DNA from: Candidatus Micrarchaeota archaeon
GTDB taxonomy: Archaea; Micrarchaeota; Micrarchaeia; Anstonellales; Bilamarchaeaceae
Reading direction: 5' to 3'
NCBI GenBank assembly: GCA_032123335.1
Contig: JAQBFN010000048.1
Span: forward strand, 1 to 14,519
DNA length: 14,519 nucleotides
A program made the translations under genes and the position numbers. Below, piece by piece: positions 14,013 through 14,519 of the stretch. Within the stretch, counting starts at the first letter, position 1; the number at the start of each line of letters is the position of its first letter. Under the pieces are notes generated by a model. That model saw nothing but the letters and a program-made list of their open reading frames with translations, had not been told where the DNA came from and did not search any database.

Positions 14013-14519
14013 ATGAAACTCACCCCAAAACTCATAGCCGGAGCCCTGCTGTTCATAGCCGCTGCCAAATTCATGGTCCTCATGATTGTTGGAGAAGCCC
14101 TCTTTCCAGGCTACAGCGTTTCAGCCAACTACATCAGCGACCTCGGAGTCAACCCCGCATCCGCATGGATTTTCAATTCCGCAATACTCTTTTTCGGAGC
14201 ACTTGCCCTGCTAGCATCTTACTTTACTTTCCGCGCTTTTGGAGACAAACTATTCTCAGCATTGCTCGCACTATCTGGAATAGGTGCAGCCGGAGTAGGC
14301 ATATTCACAGAATCAATGCTATCCCTGCATCTCTCATTTGCATTCATCGCTTTCTTCTTTGGAGGCCTCACAGCAATTGCAACTTACAGAGTAGCAAAAC
14401 CCCCCTTCTCCTGGTTCTCTGCAATCCTGGGCCTCTTTTCCCTGGTTGCATTAGCCCTTCAACTATCAGGCAACTACCTAGGGCTCGGAGTCGGCGGAAT
14501 GGAAAGAATGATTGCCTAC
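14013..14519 (+). CDS. DUF998-like membrane protein, 3'-truncated by the window edge (not in the ORF track)
   Basis: MKLTPKLIAGALLF...EALFPGYSVSANYISDLGV...IFN...GVGIFTE...LH...GLGVGGMERMIAY. The frame is open to the end, and the GYS..NYISDLG and GxxER motifs are typical of this family. Confidence 0.85.
   Translation, partial: MKLTPKLIAGALLFIAAAKFMVLMIVGEALFPGYSVSANYISDLGVNPASAWIFNSAILFFGALALLASYFTFRAFGDKLFSALLALSGIGAAGVGIFTESMLSLHLSFAFIAFFFGGLTAIATYRVAKPPFSWFSAILGLFSLVALALQLSGNYLGLGVGGMERMIAY

Overview
A gene-dense archaeal chromosomal window. It has leaderless starts about 25 nt after TTTAA-type TATA boxes, GGTGA/GAGG ribosome-binding sites, and archaeal-type RadA, PriS/PriL, RibK, PdaD and deoxyhypusine synthase. 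The compact layout and the Cys-repeat surface protein suggest a DPANN lineage such as Micrarchaeota (inference only). Gene order: 3' part of trxB (+), membrane protein (-), HTH-riboflavin kinase (+), membrane protein (-), a 252-nt reduced type-M-like RNase P RNA not in the ORF track (-), small DUF736-like ORF coupled to radA and followed by a DHH/DHHA1 RecJ-like nuclease (+), an orphan ORF, two tandem histone-H1-like xxKKK-repeat genes (one a 37-aa ORF missed by the track), pdaD (-), a YchF/Ygr210-type GTPase, a Cys-rich surface protein and a possibly SecB-like protein (+), priL-priS, a membrane protein and dys (-), and a partial DUF998-like gene (+). No mobile elements, CRISPR arrays or tRNAs were seen. 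The best candidates for new biology are (1) the polylysine locus, with a possible membrane-anchored long isoform, an internally initiated short isoform and a second mini-protein next to the agmatine-producing enzyme, (2) the DUF736-like/RadA/RecJ-like operon with a possibly bistable leader, and (3) the minimal RNase P RNA. Family assignments come from motif recognition, not database searches.
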